A DNA stretch of 54,840 bases from contig JAILHW010000151.1 in NCBI GenBank assembly GCA_024695605.1, positions 1-54,840 of the forward strand, given 5' to 3'. Origin of the DNA: Lachnospiraceae bacterium. Lineage in GTDB: Bacteria; Bacillota; Clostridia; Lachnospirales; Lachnospiraceae. Positions within the stretch are counted from its first letter, which is position 1; each line of letters starts with the position of its first letter. The translations under genes and the position numbers were made by a program. The notes under the pieces were generated by a model. It had not been told where the DNA came from. It made no database searches and was given only the letters and a program-made list of their open reading frames with translations. This document shows positions 1 through 10,510 of the stretch, piece by piece.

Positions 1-544
1 CAGAAGATACCGAAACCTGCTTTGGATCCTTCTGCATGGACATAGCAGAGAAATATGCGAAATTAAATCCCTTATTCGCGATATTCAGGGAAGAACCTCC
101 CCATGTAGCACCGCCCAAATCCTGAAGAGAATCATCACCGGGCTTGGGTAATACCTTTACAGCAACATCTCCGCCCTCATTTGTTACATTAAACTTCACG
201 TTAGATACTCTTCTGGAATTCATACCATCCGGTAATTTAAAGAATACCTGTGCATACTGGTCATAAAAGGAAAAAACAGCATCTCCGGCACTATTCACAC
301 TCACTGTAGCACCTTTCTCGTTTTGTCCCGAGGTTTTACTCGCCTCTTCATCAAAATCCAACTGGTTAAAGTCAAAGGTGTACGTCCCGTTTACCTCATA
401 AGGATCAGCCGCCTTGACTTCAGCAATCTTCTTAATCTCCGTTGGATCAGCTGCCTGAGCGTCGATCCCTGCCGTAGCCAATGGCGCTATGAGCGATGCC
501 ACAAGCCCGGCGACAACGAGTCGCTTTAACTTCTTTTTTAACAT
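1..544 (-). CDS. Secreted protein, N-terminal part only (gene runs off the left edge)
   Basis: Absent from the ORF track because it has no stop in the window. ATG at 544-542 on the minus strand; frame is open to position 2. The N-terminus MLKKKLKRLVVAGLVASLIAPLATAGIDAQA is a classic signal peptide. Confidence 0.7.
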   Translation of the reverse strand, partial: MLKKKLKRLVVAGLVASLIAPLATAGIDAQAADPTEIKKIAEVKAADPYEVNGTYTFDFNQLDFDEEASKTSGQNEKGATVSVNSAGDAVFSFYDQYAQVFFKLPDGMNSRRVSNVKFNVTNEGGDVAVKVLPKPGDDSLQDLGGATWGGSSLNIANKGFNFAYFSAMSMQKDPKQVSVSS

Positions 545-801
545 CTACAATTTCCCCTTTCTTTGGTAAATAATTGGTTTTTGCTATCTCCTGATAGAAG
601 TAAAACCCTGAGTAACTCCCTTCTGAACTTCATCAGAAAATAACTGACTCTACTATGATAGGATGAACACTTAAAATTTTCGCCCGAAAAATTAAAGATT
701 TAATACCGAAAAAGTATGATATTTTACGATTTGATTACAGAATCCTACGAAAGTGTGACAAAAAGAGGGGAAAAGGGTGCAAAATATAGGCAAAGAATTT
801 T

Positions 802-837
802 AGCTTGGATAACAAGACGAGCTTGGATAACAAGACG
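802..837. repeat. Perfect 18-bp tandem duplication (AGCTTGGATAACAAGACG x2); an inverted 17/18 copy lies at 956-973 over the rplQ stop codon
   Basis: Read directly: 802-819 equals 820-837. The reverse complement of 956-973 is AGCTTGTATAACAAGACG. Confidence 0.9.
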
Positions 838-890
838 CTCTGTTCTTGCCGCGCTTTGCGCAGCAAGAACCGTCGCCATAGGCGACTCAT

Positions 891-940
891 AAGAAAAAAA
901 AAGGGAATCCCTCTGCGTGCCAGCACGCTCGGGATTCCCT
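891..940 (-). terminator. Rho-independent terminator after rplQ
   Basis: Stem AGGGAATCCC...GGGATTCCCT (902-940) with inner stem GCGTGC/GCACGC. On the minus strand it is followed by a 10-nt U run (A run 891-901 on plus). Confidence 0.75.
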
Positions 941-962
941 ATATTTTTTCTTGCGCGTCTTG

Positions 963-1499
963 TTATACAAGCTCGATGAGTACTTCCATTGCGCCGTCGC
1001 CCTTACGCTGGCCAATCTTTACGATGCGGGTATAACCGCCCTTGCGCTCTGAGTACTTCGGTGCAATCTCATCAAAGAGCTTTGCTACCATATCAACGTC
1101 CTTGGTGTTTTTCTTGCGGCCTGCTCCCTCAGTAGGAATCTCCTTGATGGGATACAGTACCTGAAGCATCTGACGTCTTGCATGAAGGCGGGAAGGCTTA
1201 TCCTTCTTGATCTCCTTCTCAACTTCATCATAAACGGTAACCTTCTTGCCGTCCTTTACCTCTTTTACTCTCTTGCCGTCTTTGTCCTTCTGAGCAACCT
1301 TAGCCTTAACGGTTACGGTCTCGAAGTTGTCTTTTTCCTTAACTGCAAGGGTGATCAGCTTTTCAGTGATCTTACGAAGCTCTTTTGCTCTTGCCTCGGT
1401 GGTTACGATCTTTCCATGATAGAGAAGATTCGTTACCTGGTTACGAAGAAGTGCTTTTCTCTGGGAAGAGGTTCTTCCGAGTTTTCTGTACTTTGCCAT
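963..1499 (-). CDS. rplQ: 50S ribosomal protein L17 (long form with an internal Lys-rich insertion)
   Basis: N-terminus [21 protein letters not shown] and C-terminus [25 protein letters not shown] are L17-like. It lies directly downstream of rpoA. Confidence 0.95.
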   Translation of the reverse strand: MAKYRKLGRTSSQRKALLRNQVTNLLYHGKIVTTEARAKELRKITEKLITLAVKEKDNFETVTVKAKVAQKDKDGKRVKEVKDGKKVTVYDEVEKEIKKDKPSRLHARRQMLQVLYPIKEIPTEGAGRKKNTKDVDMVAKLFDEIAPKYSERKGGYTRIVKIGQRKGDGAMEVLIELV

Positions 1500-1644
1500 T
1501 TTATTTACCTCCTGTTGCGCCTCCTATTGCTCATCGGTCTTACATAGAAAGCATTGAGTGCAGGTCGGTGCTCGTCGGTCTTATCCGGCCTGTGACTATA
1601 TTACCTATGCAGGAAAGCCTGCATTTTTTTACTGTTTGCAGATC

Positions 1645-2601
1645 TTATTCCTCGCCTGCTTTGAGCTCCAGATTCAGCTCTTTGAGCTTAGCCAGAACCT
1701 CCTCAAGGGACTTGCGTCCGAGGTTTCTTACCTTCATCATATCGTCCTGGGTCTTATCGGTAAGCTCCTGAACGGTGTTGATTCCTGCACGCTTTAAGCA
1801 GTTGTAGGAACGAACGGAAAGCTCAAGCTCATCGATGCTCATCTCAAGAACTTTTTCCTTCTCATCATCTTCCTTCTCTACCATAACCTCTGCGGTCTTG
1901 GCATTCTCGGAAAGATCGATGAACAGGGACAGATGCTCGGAAAGTACCTTTGCTGCAAGGCTGACAGCCTCATCCGGCTCCAGGGTTCCGTTGGTGTAAA
2001 CATCCAGTGTCAGTTTATCGTAATCGGTAACCTGACCTACACGGGTGTTCTCTACGGTCATATTCACACGCTCTACCGGAGTAAAGATGGAATCTACCGC
2101 GATCACGCCAATGGGGAAGTCCTCTGTCTTATTCTTTTCTGCGCTGGTGTAACCTCTTCCCTTTACAATGGTGATCTCCATGAAGAGCTTTGCATCCTTT
2201 GCGCCGCAGGTAGCGATTACCTGGTCTTTATTGATGATCTCGATATCGGGATCACACTGAATATCGGAAGCTCTGACTACACCCTCGCCCTCGAACTCAA
2301 TATAAGCTACCTTGGGCTCATTGGTAGAAGACGTATTCTTGATTGCCAGACTCTTCAGATTCATGATGATCTCTGTCACATCCTCTTTTACTCCGGGGAT
2401 GGAAGAAAACTCATGCAGAACGTTTTCGATCTTTACGGAAGATACTGCCGCACCCGGAAGGGAGGAAAGCATGATCCTGCGAAGGGAGTTACCCAAGGTA
2501 ATTCCGTAGCCTCTCTCCAGAGGCTCTACTACAAAACGTCCGTACTTTTTGTCTTCAGAAATCTCGGCTACTTCAATATTCGGTCTTTCAAAATCAAACA
2601 C
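1645..2601 (-). CDS. rpoA: DNA-directed RNA polymerase alpha subunit
   Basis: 318 aa. The alpha-CTD motif [23 protein letters not shown] is present. Position between rpsD and rplQ fits. Confidence 0.97.
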   Translation of the reverse strand: MFDFERPNIEVAEISEDKKYGRFVVEPLERGYGITLGNSLRRIMLSSLPGAAVSSVKIENVLHEFSSIPGVKEDVTEIIMNLKSLAIKNTSSTNEPKVAYIEFEGEGVVRASDIQCDPDIEIINKDQVIATCGAKDAKLFMEITIVKGRGYTSAEKNKTEDFPIGVIAVDSIFTPVERVNMTVENTRVGQVTDYDKLTLDVYTNGTLEPDEAVSLAAKVLSEHLSLFIDLSENAKTAEVMVEKEDDEKEKVLEMSIDELELSVRSYNCLKRAGINTVQELTDKTQDDMMKVRNLGRKSLEEVLAKLKELNLELKAGEE

Positions 2602-2658
2602 TGCAAATACCTCCTTCTGATGGTAACTGTGCTAACGGTCAACGTATCAGTTTATTTC

Positions 2659-3252
2659 TTACTTAGAATACAACTCGACGATAAGCATCTCATCAACAGG
2701 AACATCAATCATTTCCCTGGTAGGAAGCTGCTTTACAGTACCCTTGAAGTTTTCCATATCCTGATCAAGCCATTCGGGAACCAGTCTTCTGCCGGTTACC
2801 TCAGCGATATCCTTATATCTCTGAAGGCTCTTGGATTTCTCACGGATTTCAATCACATCCCCTGCCTTTACTCTGTAGGAAGGAATGTTGATGGTCTTGC
2901 CGTTAACCAGAACGTGCTTGTGACCTACGATCTGACGAGCTTCTCTTCTGGTGCGGGCAAATGCAAGACGGAAGATAACGTTATCCAGTCTTGACTCCAG
3001 CATAACCATCAGGTTCTCACCGGTCTGACCCTTCATCATATCGGCCTTCTCGTAGTAGTTACGGAAGGGTTTCTCCAATACGCCGTAGATGAATTTTGCT
3101 TTCTGCTTCTCACGAAGCTGAAGACCATACTCGGAAACCTTTCTGTTTGCTCTCTCAAGCTTACGGCGGGAAGTTTTGTCATATCCCAATACCGCAGGCT
3201 CTAAACCAAGAGATCTGCATCTCTTTAATACCGGTACTCTGTTTACTGCCAT
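2659..3252 (-). CDS. rpsD: 30S ribosomal protein S4
   Basis: [16 protein letters not shown] is a typical S4 N-terminus. The ORF-track start at 3303 is 17 codons too far upstream. Confidence 0.93.
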   Translation of the reverse strand: MAVNRVPVLKRCRSLGLEPAVLGYDKTSRRKLERANRKVSEYGLQLREKQKAKFIYGVLEKPFRNYYEKADMMKGQTGENLMVMLESRLDNVIFRLAFARTRREARQIVGHKHVLVNGKTINIPSYRVKAGDVIEIREKSKSLQRYKDIAEVTGRRLVPEWLDQDMENFKGTVKQLPTREMIDVPVDEMLIVELYSK

Positions 3253-3370
3253 TGTATAAATCCTCCTAAATAATTTCTCTGTGCCGGGATCCTCCCGGTA
3301 CAAACTTACAGTTGTTTACAGCCTTTCGGCTTTCGTCCAACACAAACCAAAACGGGCTTGCCCAAAAGCA

Positions 3371-3766
3371 TCATACACGACGACGTTTCGGAGGGCGGCA
3401 TCCATTGTGGGGAACGGGTGTCACGTCACGGATGCTGGTAACCTCCAAGCCGGTAGCCTGCAATGCACGGATCGCTGCCTCACGGCCTGAGCCGGGACCT
3501 TTCACCATGACATCCACGGTCTTCAGACCATGAATGAGTGCAGCCTTCGTAGCTGTTTCTGCTGCCATCTGTGCAGCATAAGGAGTAGATTTCTTTGAAC
3601 CTCTAAAGCCCAGACCACCTGCACTTGCCCAGGAAAGAGCATTACCCTCGTTATCGGTCAGGGTAACGATCGTATTGTTGAAAGATGCCTGGATATGTGC
3701 CTGTCCGTGTTCAACGTTTTTCTTGACACGCTTCTTTGTTACTTTTCTTGTATTCTGCTTTGCCAT
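3371..3766 (-). CDS. rpsK: 30S ribosomal protein S11
   Basis: 131 aa with [14 protein letters not shown] and a C-terminal [13 protein letters not shown]. Confidence 0.97.
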   Translation of the reverse strand: MAKQNTRKVTKKRVKKNVEHGQAHIQASFNNTIVTLTDNEGNALSWASAGGLGFRGSKKSTPYAAQMAAETATKAALIHGLKTVDVMVKGPGSGREAAIRALQATGLEVTSIRDVTPVPHNGCRPPKRRRV

Positions 3767-3797
3767 AAAACTAACCTACTTTCTCCTTTTCAAAGTT

Positions 3798-4166
3798 TTA
3801 CTTCTTCTTGTTTGCAACAGTTCTCTTAGGACCTTTGCGGGTTCTAGCATTGGTCTTGGTCTTCTGTCCGCGAACAGGAAGACCTTTCCTGTGACGAATA
3901 CCACGATAGCATCCGATCTCCTGAAGACGCTTGATGTTCAGCGCTACCTCACGACGAAGATCACCTTCTACCATCTGGGTATTTTCGATCACTTCACTGA
4001 TTCTCTTTACCTCGTCATCGGTCAGATCACGACAACGGGTATCCGGATTTACCTTTGCTTCCGCACAGATGCGAGTTGCTGACGGACGTCCGATCCCATA
4101 GATATAGGTCAGGCCGATCTCAACGCGCTTGTCTCTCGGTAAATCTACACCTGCAATACGAGCCAT
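3798..4166 (-). CDS. rpsM: 30S ribosomal protein S13
   Basis: Begins [26 protein letters not shown]; 122 aa. Confidence 0.97.
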   Translation of the reverse strand: MARIAGVDLPRDKRVEIGLTYIYGIGRPSATRICAEAKVNPDTRCRDLTDDEVKRISEVIENTQMVEGDLRREVALNIKRLQEIGCYRGIRHRKGLPVRGQKTKTNARTRKGPKRTVANKKK

Positions 4167-4425
4167 TTCAATTTCCTCCGTTCTGTAAAGCTGCCAAAAG
4201 GCCTCGACTTTTTCCCGGCAGCTTTCTTTCGGTGCCTCACTTCTGACACCACCTGCTAGTTACTCATTGACTGGGGCGAAAAATACGCAGTCCGGGTTGG
4301 ATTTGGTATTTCCCTCAAGAGATGCCCAACCGTTTTTCTTCTATATATAGAAGAAACGAAACGGTCTTGCCCGCTTTCGCGGTATCAACAGTAAACACGG
4401 GAGCTACGCTCCTTTTCAGTGCTGA

Positions 4426-4539
4426 TTAGCCCTGAACCTGTTTATGTTTAGGATTTTCACAGATAATTCTGATCTTCCCTTTTCTCTTGATGACTTTGCA
4501 CTTTTCGCAAATCGGTTTTACTGACGATCTAACCTTCAT
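4426..4539 (-). CDS. rpmJ: 50S ribosomal protein L36
   Basis: Below the ORF-track cutoff. My translation is [37 protein letters not shown], 37 aa, with the CxxC...C...H zinc ribbon. It lies between infA and rpsM. Confidence 0.93.
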   Translation of the reverse strand: MKVRSSVKPICEKCKVIKRKGKIRIICENPKHKQVQG

Positions 4540-4609
4540 CTTAAAACCTCCTTTCAAAAAAGACCATTTTGCATTATATCACGCAAAACCCCTTAATGCA
4601 ACCAAAAAT

Positions 4610-4828
4610 TTATTTTGCTCTCCAAACAATCCGGCCCTTGGTCAGATCGTAAGGGGAAAGCTCCAACTTTACGGTATCTCCCGGAAGGATCCTGATATAA
4701 TTCTGGCGCAATTTTCCGCTGATATGTGCCAGCACTACATGTCCATGCTCGCATTGTACCTGAAACATGGTGTTCGGTAACTTTTCGATCACAACGCCTT
4801 CCATTTCAATTACATCTGCTTTCGACAT
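4610..4828 (-). CDS. infA: Translation initiation factor IF-1
   Basis: 72 aa S1-like fold; begins [24 protein letters not shown]. Confidence 0.96.
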   Translation of the reverse strand: MSKADVIEMEGVVIEKLPNTMFQVQCEHGHVVLAHISGKLRQNYIRILPGDTVKLELSPYDLTKGRIVWRAK

Positions 4829-4841
4829 TTTTCTCCTCCCG

Positions 4842-5600
4842 TTAATCCAGCAATGTCAAAATTTCCGGCTCACCCTCTTTGTTGATCACTATGGTATTTT
4901 CATAATGAGCCGATATACTCCGATCGGACGAAACCACCGTCCAGTCATCATCCAGCCAGTCCACATCTCCTCTTCCGAGGTTGATCATGGGCTCAATGGC
5001 CAATGTCATGCCTGCGCAAAGCTTCAGGCCGCGCTTCTTCTGCGCAAAATTGGGGATCTGCGGATCCTCGTGAAGCTTCGTTCCGATGCCGTGTCCCACC
5101 AGGTCTCTGACGATCCCGTATCCAAACTGACTGATGTATTCATCAATCCGGTTTGAGATGTCATATAGATGACCGCCATCTACTGCTTTCTTGATGCCTT
5201 CAAAAAAGCTCTGCCTGGTTCTCTCTACCAGAAGCTTTACTTCCTCGGGCGCGTCCCCCACGATATGGGTTCTTGCCGCATCGGAGTGATACCCTTTGTA
5301 GATCAGTCCGCAGTCGAGGGAAACCACATCCCCATCCTTCAGGATCCTGTGCTTATTGGGAATGCCGTGTACCACTTCCTCATTCACCGAAACACAGATG
5401 GAAGCCGGAAACCCGTTATAGTGCAGAAAATTCGGAGTGCATCCATAGCTTCGGATGATCTTCTCTCCCATTCTGTCTATGTCCATGGTGCTCATTCCGG
5501 GTCTGATCGCTTCACCCATTTTTTCATGCAGCTCAGCCAGGTATTTTCCCGCTGTCCGCATCAGATCGATCTCTCTTGCTGATTTTACCGTTACTGCCAT
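4842..5600 (-). CDS. map: Methionine aminopeptidase type I
   Basis: 252 aa. Metal-site contexts [24 protein letters not shown] and LAIEPM are present. Confidence 0.95.
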   Translation of the reverse strand: MAVTVKSAREIDLMRTAGKYLAELHEKMGEAIRPGMSTMDIDRMGEKIIRSYGCTPNFLHYNGFPASICVSVNEEVVHGIPNKHRILKDGDVVSLDCGLIYKGYHSDAARTHIVGDAPEEVKLLVERTRQSFFEGIKKAVDGGHLYDISNRIDEYISQFGYGIVRDLVGHGIGTKLHEDPQIPNFAQKKRGLKLCAGMTLAIEPMINLGRGDVDWLDDDWTVVSSDRSISAHYENTIVINKEGEPEILTLLD

Positions 5601-5663
5601 TTCTTATTCTCTTACTCTTCTGTTATCAAAATCTCTGTGTTTATTGCTGCCCTGACCGGATCC

Positions 5664-6305
5664 TTATCCCAAAAGAGCGGTGATCTCCGAGAAGATCTCC
5701 TCCATGGATCTGGTTCCGTCTACCGAATGCAGAACGCCCTTCTTCTGATAGAAATCGATCAAAGGCTGGGTCTGCTCATGGTAAACATCCAGTCGCTTTT
5801 GTACCGTTGCCGGCTCATCATCCGGACGAAGGATCAGCTCGCTGCCGCACTGATCGCAGATGCCTTCCTTCTTCGGAGGGATGTTCACGATATGGTAGGT
5901 TGCACCGCATGTTACGCAGGCGCGTCTTCCGCCCATTCTCTTTACGATCGCCTCATCCGGCACATCCACATCGATCGCATAATCAATGCTCTCGCCTCTT
6001 TCTGAAAGTGCCTGATCCAGCACCTGGGCCTGCGGAATGGTCCTCGGGAATCCATCCAGTACATAGCCTCTTTCGCAATCTGCCTGGGAAACCCTGTCCA
6101 AAAGGATCTTTACCGTAAGCTCATCCGGCACCAGTGCGCCGGCATCCATATATTTCTTTGCTTCCATTCCCAGCTCGGTGCCATTCTTGATATTGGCACG
6201 GAAAATATCGCCGGTGGAAACGTGCGGGATCTGATACTTCTCCGCAATCTTTTTAGCCTGTGTTCCTTTTCCCGCTCCGGGAGCGCCTAACATTATGATC
6301 TTCAT
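5664..6305 (-). CDS. adk: Adenylate kinase
   Basis: MKIIMLGAPGAGKGTQ P-loop at the N-terminus and a Zn lid (CVTCG...CDQCG). The ORF-track start at 6335 is 10 codons upstream. Confidence 0.95.
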   Translation of the reverse strand: MKIIMLGAPGAGKGTQAKKIAEKYQIPHVSTGDIFRANIKNGTELGMEAKKYMDAGALVPDELTVKILLDRVSQADCERGYVLDGFPRTIPQAQVLDQALSERGESIDYAIDVDVPDEAIVKRMGGRRACVTCGATYHIVNIPPKKEGICDQCGSELILRPDDEPATVQKRLDVYHEQTQPLIDFYQKKGVLHSVDGTRSMEEIFSEITALLG

Positions 6306-6376
6306 GTCTGTCTCCTGTTCCTGGGGATCCCCCATTTACTTACATTTAAACTCATTGCCCTTACAGGCAACAATAA

Positions 6377-6407
6377 GTTGGGGACAATGCAAGCGCATTA
6401 CCCCAAC
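6377..6407 (-). promoter_or_regulatory. Intercistronic stem-loop between secY and adk
   Basis: GTTGGGG-AC-AATGC-AAGC-GCATT-A-CCCCAAC is an imperfect 12-bp hairpin with no clear U tract. Confidence 0.3.
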
Positions 6408-6419
6408 TCTGTTTTGTGT

Positions 6420-7742
6420 TTATGCATTCAAAAAGCCCTTGTAATTTCTCACCAGCATCAGAGACTCGATCTGCTTAATGGTCTCCAGGATAACGCTGAC
6501 AATAATGATCAGGCTGGTTCCGCCGAAGGATACGTTTGCGCCGAACATTCCGTTGAAGAAGATCGGGATAACCGCAATCAGTACCAAACCGACAGCACCG
6601 ATAAAGATCACATAATTCAAAATATTGTTCAGATAATCCGTCGTCGGCTTACCGGGACGAATACCTGGGATAAATCCACCCTGCTTCTTCATATTGTTGG
6701 ATACCTCCAAAGGATTGAAGGTAATCGAGGTATAGAAGTAAGCGAAGAAGATCACAAGAAGGATATATACCAGCAGTCCGATATTGTACTGCGGAAGGGA
6801 AGGATTGAACCAGTTGTTGGAGTTCAGACCCTGCAGGATCTGTGCCCATACACCGGTACCTCCCTGGTATCCTACCAGCTGGCTGATCACGATCGGGAAC
6901 TGCATCAGGGAAGATGCAAAGATGATCGGGATCACACCTGCGGTGTTGATCTTCAGAGGAATATGGGTTGAATTTCCGCCGAAGGTTTTTCTGCCCTGCA
7001 TCTTCTTAGCATACTGAACGGGGATCTTTCTGACACCGTCATTGAGCAGAATAACCAAAACTACCGTTGCCAGAATGATCGCGATGATCACGATGGCTGC
7101 GATCACTGACATCGTTACCGTGTCCGCATTCTTTACGAACTGATCGTAAAGGACTTTCAGATCGTTAGGCATTCTGGAAATGATGTTGATGGTCAAAACG
7201 ATGGAAATACCGTTTCCCACACCATGCTCCGTGATCTGCTCTCCGATCCACATGATAAATGCTGCACCGCCTGTCAGTGCTGCGATCACACAGATGTAGT
7301 CAAGTGCAACTGCATCACCTGCCAGAAGGCCGCTGCGTCCGAATCCGATGGCCATTGCCGAGGATTCGATCAAAGCCAATCCCACCGTTACATATCTGGT
7401 GATGGCTGCGATCTTCTTGCGCCCGTCCTCACCGTCACGCTGCATCTCCTCCAGCTTCGGAATTGCGATCGTCATAAGCTGCATGATAATGGAAGATGTA
7501 ATGTACGGGGTAATGTTCAGGGCGAACACCGACATGTTCAAAAAGGAACCGCCGGTAAAAGCATCAAAGAAGTTGAAGGCATCGCCCGAATGCTGCTCGA
7601 ACCAACTCTTAAAGAAGGTTCTGTCAACCCCCGGTACCGGGAGCTGACAACCAAATCTGATCACCACAAGCATCACGAGGGTGAACAAAAGGCGGTTTCT
7701 AACTTCTTTTGCTTTTAAGGCATTTCTCAAAGTCTGTAACAT
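6420..7742 (-). CDS. secY: Preprotein translocase subunit SecY
   Basis: 440 aa polytopic membrane protein at the canonical position between rplO and adk. Confidence 0.97.
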   Translation of the reverse strand: MLQTLRNALKAKEVRNRLLFTLVMLVVIRFGCQLPVPGVDRTFFKSWFEQHSGDAFNFFDAFTGGSFLNMSVFALNITPYITSSIIMQLMTIAIPKLEEMQRDGEDGRKKIAAITRYVTVGLALIESSAMAIGFGRSGLLAGDAVALDYICVIAALTGGAAFIMWIGEQITEHGVGNGISIVLTINIISRMPNDLKVLYDQFVKNADTVTMSVIAAIVIIAIILATVVLVILLNDGVRKIPVQYAKKMQGRKTFGGNSTHIPLKINTAGVIPIIFASSLMQFPIVISQLVGYQGGTGVWAQILQGLNSNNWFNPSLPQYNIGLLVYILLVIFFAYFYTSITFNPLEVSNNMKKQGGFIPGIRPGKPTTDYLNNILNYVIFIGAVGLVLIAVIPIFFNGMFGANVSFGGTSLIIIVSVILETIKQIESLMLVRNYKGFLNA

Positions 7743-8182
7743 TAGATCACCTCTGCTGTTCCACCAAGAGCCTCAATCTTTTCCTTTGCTGCTGCGGAAA
7801 AGGCATTTGCTTTAACATCAAGCTTCTTGGTAAGTTCTCCGTTTCCGAGAATCTTGACACCGTCACGGGTGTCTTTTACCACGCCTGCCGAGATCAGTGC
7901 TTCCACATCTACGGTTGCACCATTCTCAAAGCGCTCGAGCATTGAAATGTTGATGCCTACGATTTCCTTTGTATTCCTGTTCTTGAATCCCCTCTTGGGC
8001 AGTCTGCGGTACAAAGGCATCTGACCACCTTCAAAACCGATTCTGGGTGCTCCGGAACGAGCCTTCTGTCCCTTATGACCCTTACCTGCGGTCTTGCCGT
8101 TTCCACTTCCGTGTCCGCGGCCTCTTCTGAAGTTGTCATTATGCTTGGAACCGTCTGCAGGTCTTAAATTTGATAATTCCAT
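7742..8182 (-). CDS. rplO: 50S ribosomal protein L15
   Basis: Gly/Lys/Arg-rich N-terminus [24 protein letters not shown]. Confidence 0.96.
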   Translation of the reverse strand: MELSNLRPADGSKHNDNFRRGRGHGSGNGKTAGKGHKGQKARSGAPRIGFEGGQMPLYRRLPKRGFKNRNTKEIVGINISMLERFENGATVDVEALISAGVVKDTRDGVKILGNGELTKKLDVKANAFSAAAKEKIEALGGTAEVI

Positions 8183-8197
8183 TTTTAACCTCCCGCT

Positions 8198-8380
8198 TTA
8201 CGCTTCTACTTTCACAAGATGCTTTACCTGGTTTACCATGCCCCAAGTGCATGCGTTGTCCGGAAGCTCTACTGTCTTGTGCATTTTCTTAAGTCCCAGC
8301 GCCTCCACCGTTTTTCTGTGCTTCGGAATCGCACCGATGGGAGACTTGACCAAAGTCACCTTAATTGTCTTATCTGCCAT
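8198..8380 (-). CDS. rpmD: 50S ribosomal protein L30
   Basis: 60 aa; begins [30 protein letters not shown]. Confidence 0.95.
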   Translation of the reverse strand: MADKTIKVTLVKSPIGAIPKHRKTVEALGLKKMHKTVELPDNACTWGMVNQVKHLVKVEA

Positions 8381-8396
8381 TTTTTCTGCCTCCTAA

Positions 8397-8906
8397 CTAA
8401 GCTAAAATCTCACTAACCTGTTTTCCGCGCTTAGCAGCTACTTCTTCAGGTGTTTTCAGTCTGCTCAGTCCTTCGATTGCAGCCAAAACAACGTTCTGCT
8501 TGTTGTTTGAACCAAGGGACTTGGTACGGATGTTCTTGATGCCTGCAAGCTCGCATACGACACGGGCAGGACCACCTGCGATGATACCGGTACCACTGGG
8601 AGCTTTTTTCAGAAGCACGGAAGCACTGCCGAATTTGCCGATATTGTCATGGGTGATGGAACCAACCTCATCAAGTGCTACGGTTACCATTCTCTTCATA
8701 GCGTCTTCCTTGCCCTTGCGGATTGCTTCAGGGATTTCAGTCGCCTTTCCGAGACCGGCGCCTACATGTCCGTTTCCGTCTCCCACAACCACCAAAGCTG
8801 TGAAGCGCATGTTACGTCCACCCTTGACAACCTTGGTTACGCGCTTGATGGCAACTACTTTTTCAGTAAGTTCCTCATTGCTTGTATCAATGATTGTACG
8901 TTTCAT
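8397..8906 (-). CDS. rpsE: 30S ribosomal protein S5
   Basis: 169 aa with [31 protein letters not shown]. Confidence 0.97.
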   Translation of the reverse strand: MKRTIIDTSNEELTEKVVAIKRVTKVVKGGRNMRFTALVVVGDGNGHVGAGLGKATEIPEAIRKGKEDAMKRMVTVALDEVGSITHDNIGKFGSASVLLKKAPSGTGIIAGGPARVVCELAGIKNIRTKSLGSNNKQNVVLAAIEGLSRLKTPEEVAAKRGKQVSEILA

Positions 8907-8924
8907 GTATTCTGTCTCCCTTCC

Positions 8925-9299
8925 TTAAAATTCCAGACCTGCTTCTCTGGCTGCTTCAGCCAAAGCTGCGATCTTTCCTTGATAAATAAATCCGCCTCTG
9001 TCAAATACTACGTTTTTGATTCCTTTATCAAGAGCCTTCTGTGCGATCACCTTACCGAGGTAAGCTGCTGCATCCACGTTGTTGGTCTTCTCAAGCTCAG
9101 CCTTTACATCCTTCTCAAGGGTAGAAGCCGATACCAGCGTATTTCCCACTGTATCATCGATAATTTGAGCATACATGTGGTTGTTGCTGCGGAAAACTGC
9201 AAGACGGGGTCTTTCAGCAGTACCGGAAAAACGGTTACGCAGCCTTTTGTGTTTTTTCACACGGACTTCTTGTCTAGATACTTTACTAACCATTTTCAC
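8925..9299 (-). CDS. rplR: 50S ribosomal protein L18
   Basis: [20 protein letters not shown] motif. The start could be the second Met, 2 codons in. Confidence 0.95.
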   Translation of the reverse strand: MKMVSKVSRQEVRVKKHKRLRNRFSGTAERPRLAVFRSNNHMYAQIIDDTVGNTLVSASTLEKDVKAELEKTNNVDAAAYLGKVIAQKALDKGIKNVVFDRGGFIYQGKIAALAEAAREAGLEF

Positions 9300-9313
9300 A
9301 CTCTCCTTATCTA

Positions 9314-9856
9314 TTATTTCTTACCGGTCTTACCAACCTTGCGGCGGATCGTCTCGTCAGCATACTTGATACCCTTACCCTTGTAAGGCTCCGGTCTTCT
9401 CTTGTCGCGGATCTCTGCTGCGAACTGTCCAACCTTTTCTTTATCGATACCCTTTACAATGATGACGTTCTGACCTTCAACTGTTGTCTCAACACCTTCG
9501 GGATCCTCCATCTCTACCGGATGGGAGTAACCCAGGTTCAGTACCAGCTTCTTGCCCTGCTTAGCTGCACGGTAGCCGACACCGTTTACTTCAAGCTTCT
9601 TCTCATAGCCGTCCGTAACACCTACAACCATGTTGTTCAGAAGGGATCTGGTCAAACCATGTAAAGCTTTCATTTTCTTCAAATCATTCGGTCTTGCGAT
9701 GGTCAGCGTGCCGTCTTCCATTTTGATCTCCATCTCGGAAGGCAGTACTCTTTCCAGGGTTCCCTTAGGACCTTTTACCGTCACTTTGTTATTTTCTGCA
9801 AGATCCACAGTTACGCCTGCGGGAATTGCGATTGGCATTCTTCCTATTCGTGACAT
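9314..9856 (-). CDS. rplF: 50S ribosomal protein L6
   Basis: 180 aa; begins [17 protein letters not shown]. Confidence 0.97.
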   Translation of the reverse strand: MSRIGRMPIAIPAGVTVDLAENNKVTVKGPKGTLERVLPSEMEIKMEDGTLTIARPNDLKKMKALHGLTRSLLNNMVVGVTDGYEKKLEVNGVGYRAAKQGKKLVLNLGYSHPVEMEDPEGVETTVEGQNVIIVKGIDKEKVGQFAAEIRDKRRPEPYKGKGIKYADETIRRKVGKTGKK

Positions 9857-9888
9857 GCCCGTACCTCCTATATTATTCTCAAACTAGA

Positions 9889-10290
9889 TTACCAAACAAA
9901 TGCTAATACTTCGCCGCCTACCTGAAGCTCGCGTGCCTTCTTGTCGGTGATCACACCCTGATTGGTGGAAATGATCGCACAACCGAGTCCGCCGAGTACC
10001 TTAGGCAGCTCATCCTTACCGGCATATACACGAAGACCGGGTTTGGAAATTCTCTTGATACCGGTGATGATCTTGTCGTTCTTGTCAGCGCCGTATTTCA
10101 GCGTGATGCGGATGTTCTTGAAGTTTCCGTCATCGACCAGATCATATTTTGCAATATAGCCCTCATCCACAAGGATATCAGCGATAGCCAGTTTCATTTT
10201 GGATGAAGGAACGTCTACTGTATCATGCTTTGCAGTGTTTGCATTACGGATTCTTGTAAGCATATCTGCAATCGGATCACTCATTGTCAT
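9889..10290 (-). CDS. rpsH: 30S ribosomal protein S8
   Basis: [13 protein letters not shown] motif; 133 aa. Confidence 0.97.
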   Translation of the reverse strand: MTMSDPIADMLTRIRNANTAKHDTVDVPSSKMKLAIADILVDEGYIAKYDLVDDGNFKNIRITLKYGADKNDKIITGIKRISKPGLRVYAGKDELPKVLGGLGCAIISTNQGVITDKKARELQVGGEVLAFVW

Positions 10291-10310
10291 TTTACTTTCC
10301 TCCTCTTTTT

Positions 10311-10496
10311 TTACCAGCTTGCTTTCTTAACGCCGGGAATCTGTCCCTTGTACGCCAGTTCGCGGAAGCAAATTCTGCAAATTCCGTACTTTCTAAGAAC
10401 TGAATGGGGGCGTCCACAAATGCTGCAACGTGTATAAGCTCTTGTAGAGAACTTAGGCTTACGCTGCTGTTTTACTTTCATTGAAGTCTTAGCCAT
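10311..10496 (-). CDS. rpsN: 30S ribosomal protein S14, zinc-binding type Z
   Basis: 61 aa with [20 protein letters not shown] (two CxxC pairs). Confidence 0.96.
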   Translation of the reverse strand: MAKTSMKVKQQRKPKFSTRAYTRCSICGRPHSVLRKYGICRICFRELAYKGQIPGVKKASW

Positions 10497-10510
10497 GAAT
10501 TTACCTCCTG

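Noticed and set aside
323-529. 68-aa plus-strand ORF at the left edge
   Set aside because: It is antisense to the signal-peptide-bearing partial gene, which reads open from 544 to the window edge.
802-837. Tandem 18-bp repeat considered as a CRISPR or minisatellite
   Set aside because: There are only two abutting copies with no spacers. I interpret it instead as a duplication of the rplQ 3' end sequence.
1933-2994. 353-aa plus-strand ORF
   Set aside because: It is antisense to rpoA and rpsD. It is a shadow ORF with a low-complexity, Leu/Cys-rich translation. The same reasoning applies to the other long antisense ORFs opposite recognised genes: 14013-15047, 15776-16774, 21963-23123, 23333-24436, 33869-34717, 42607-43485, 44988-45899 and 49179-50063.
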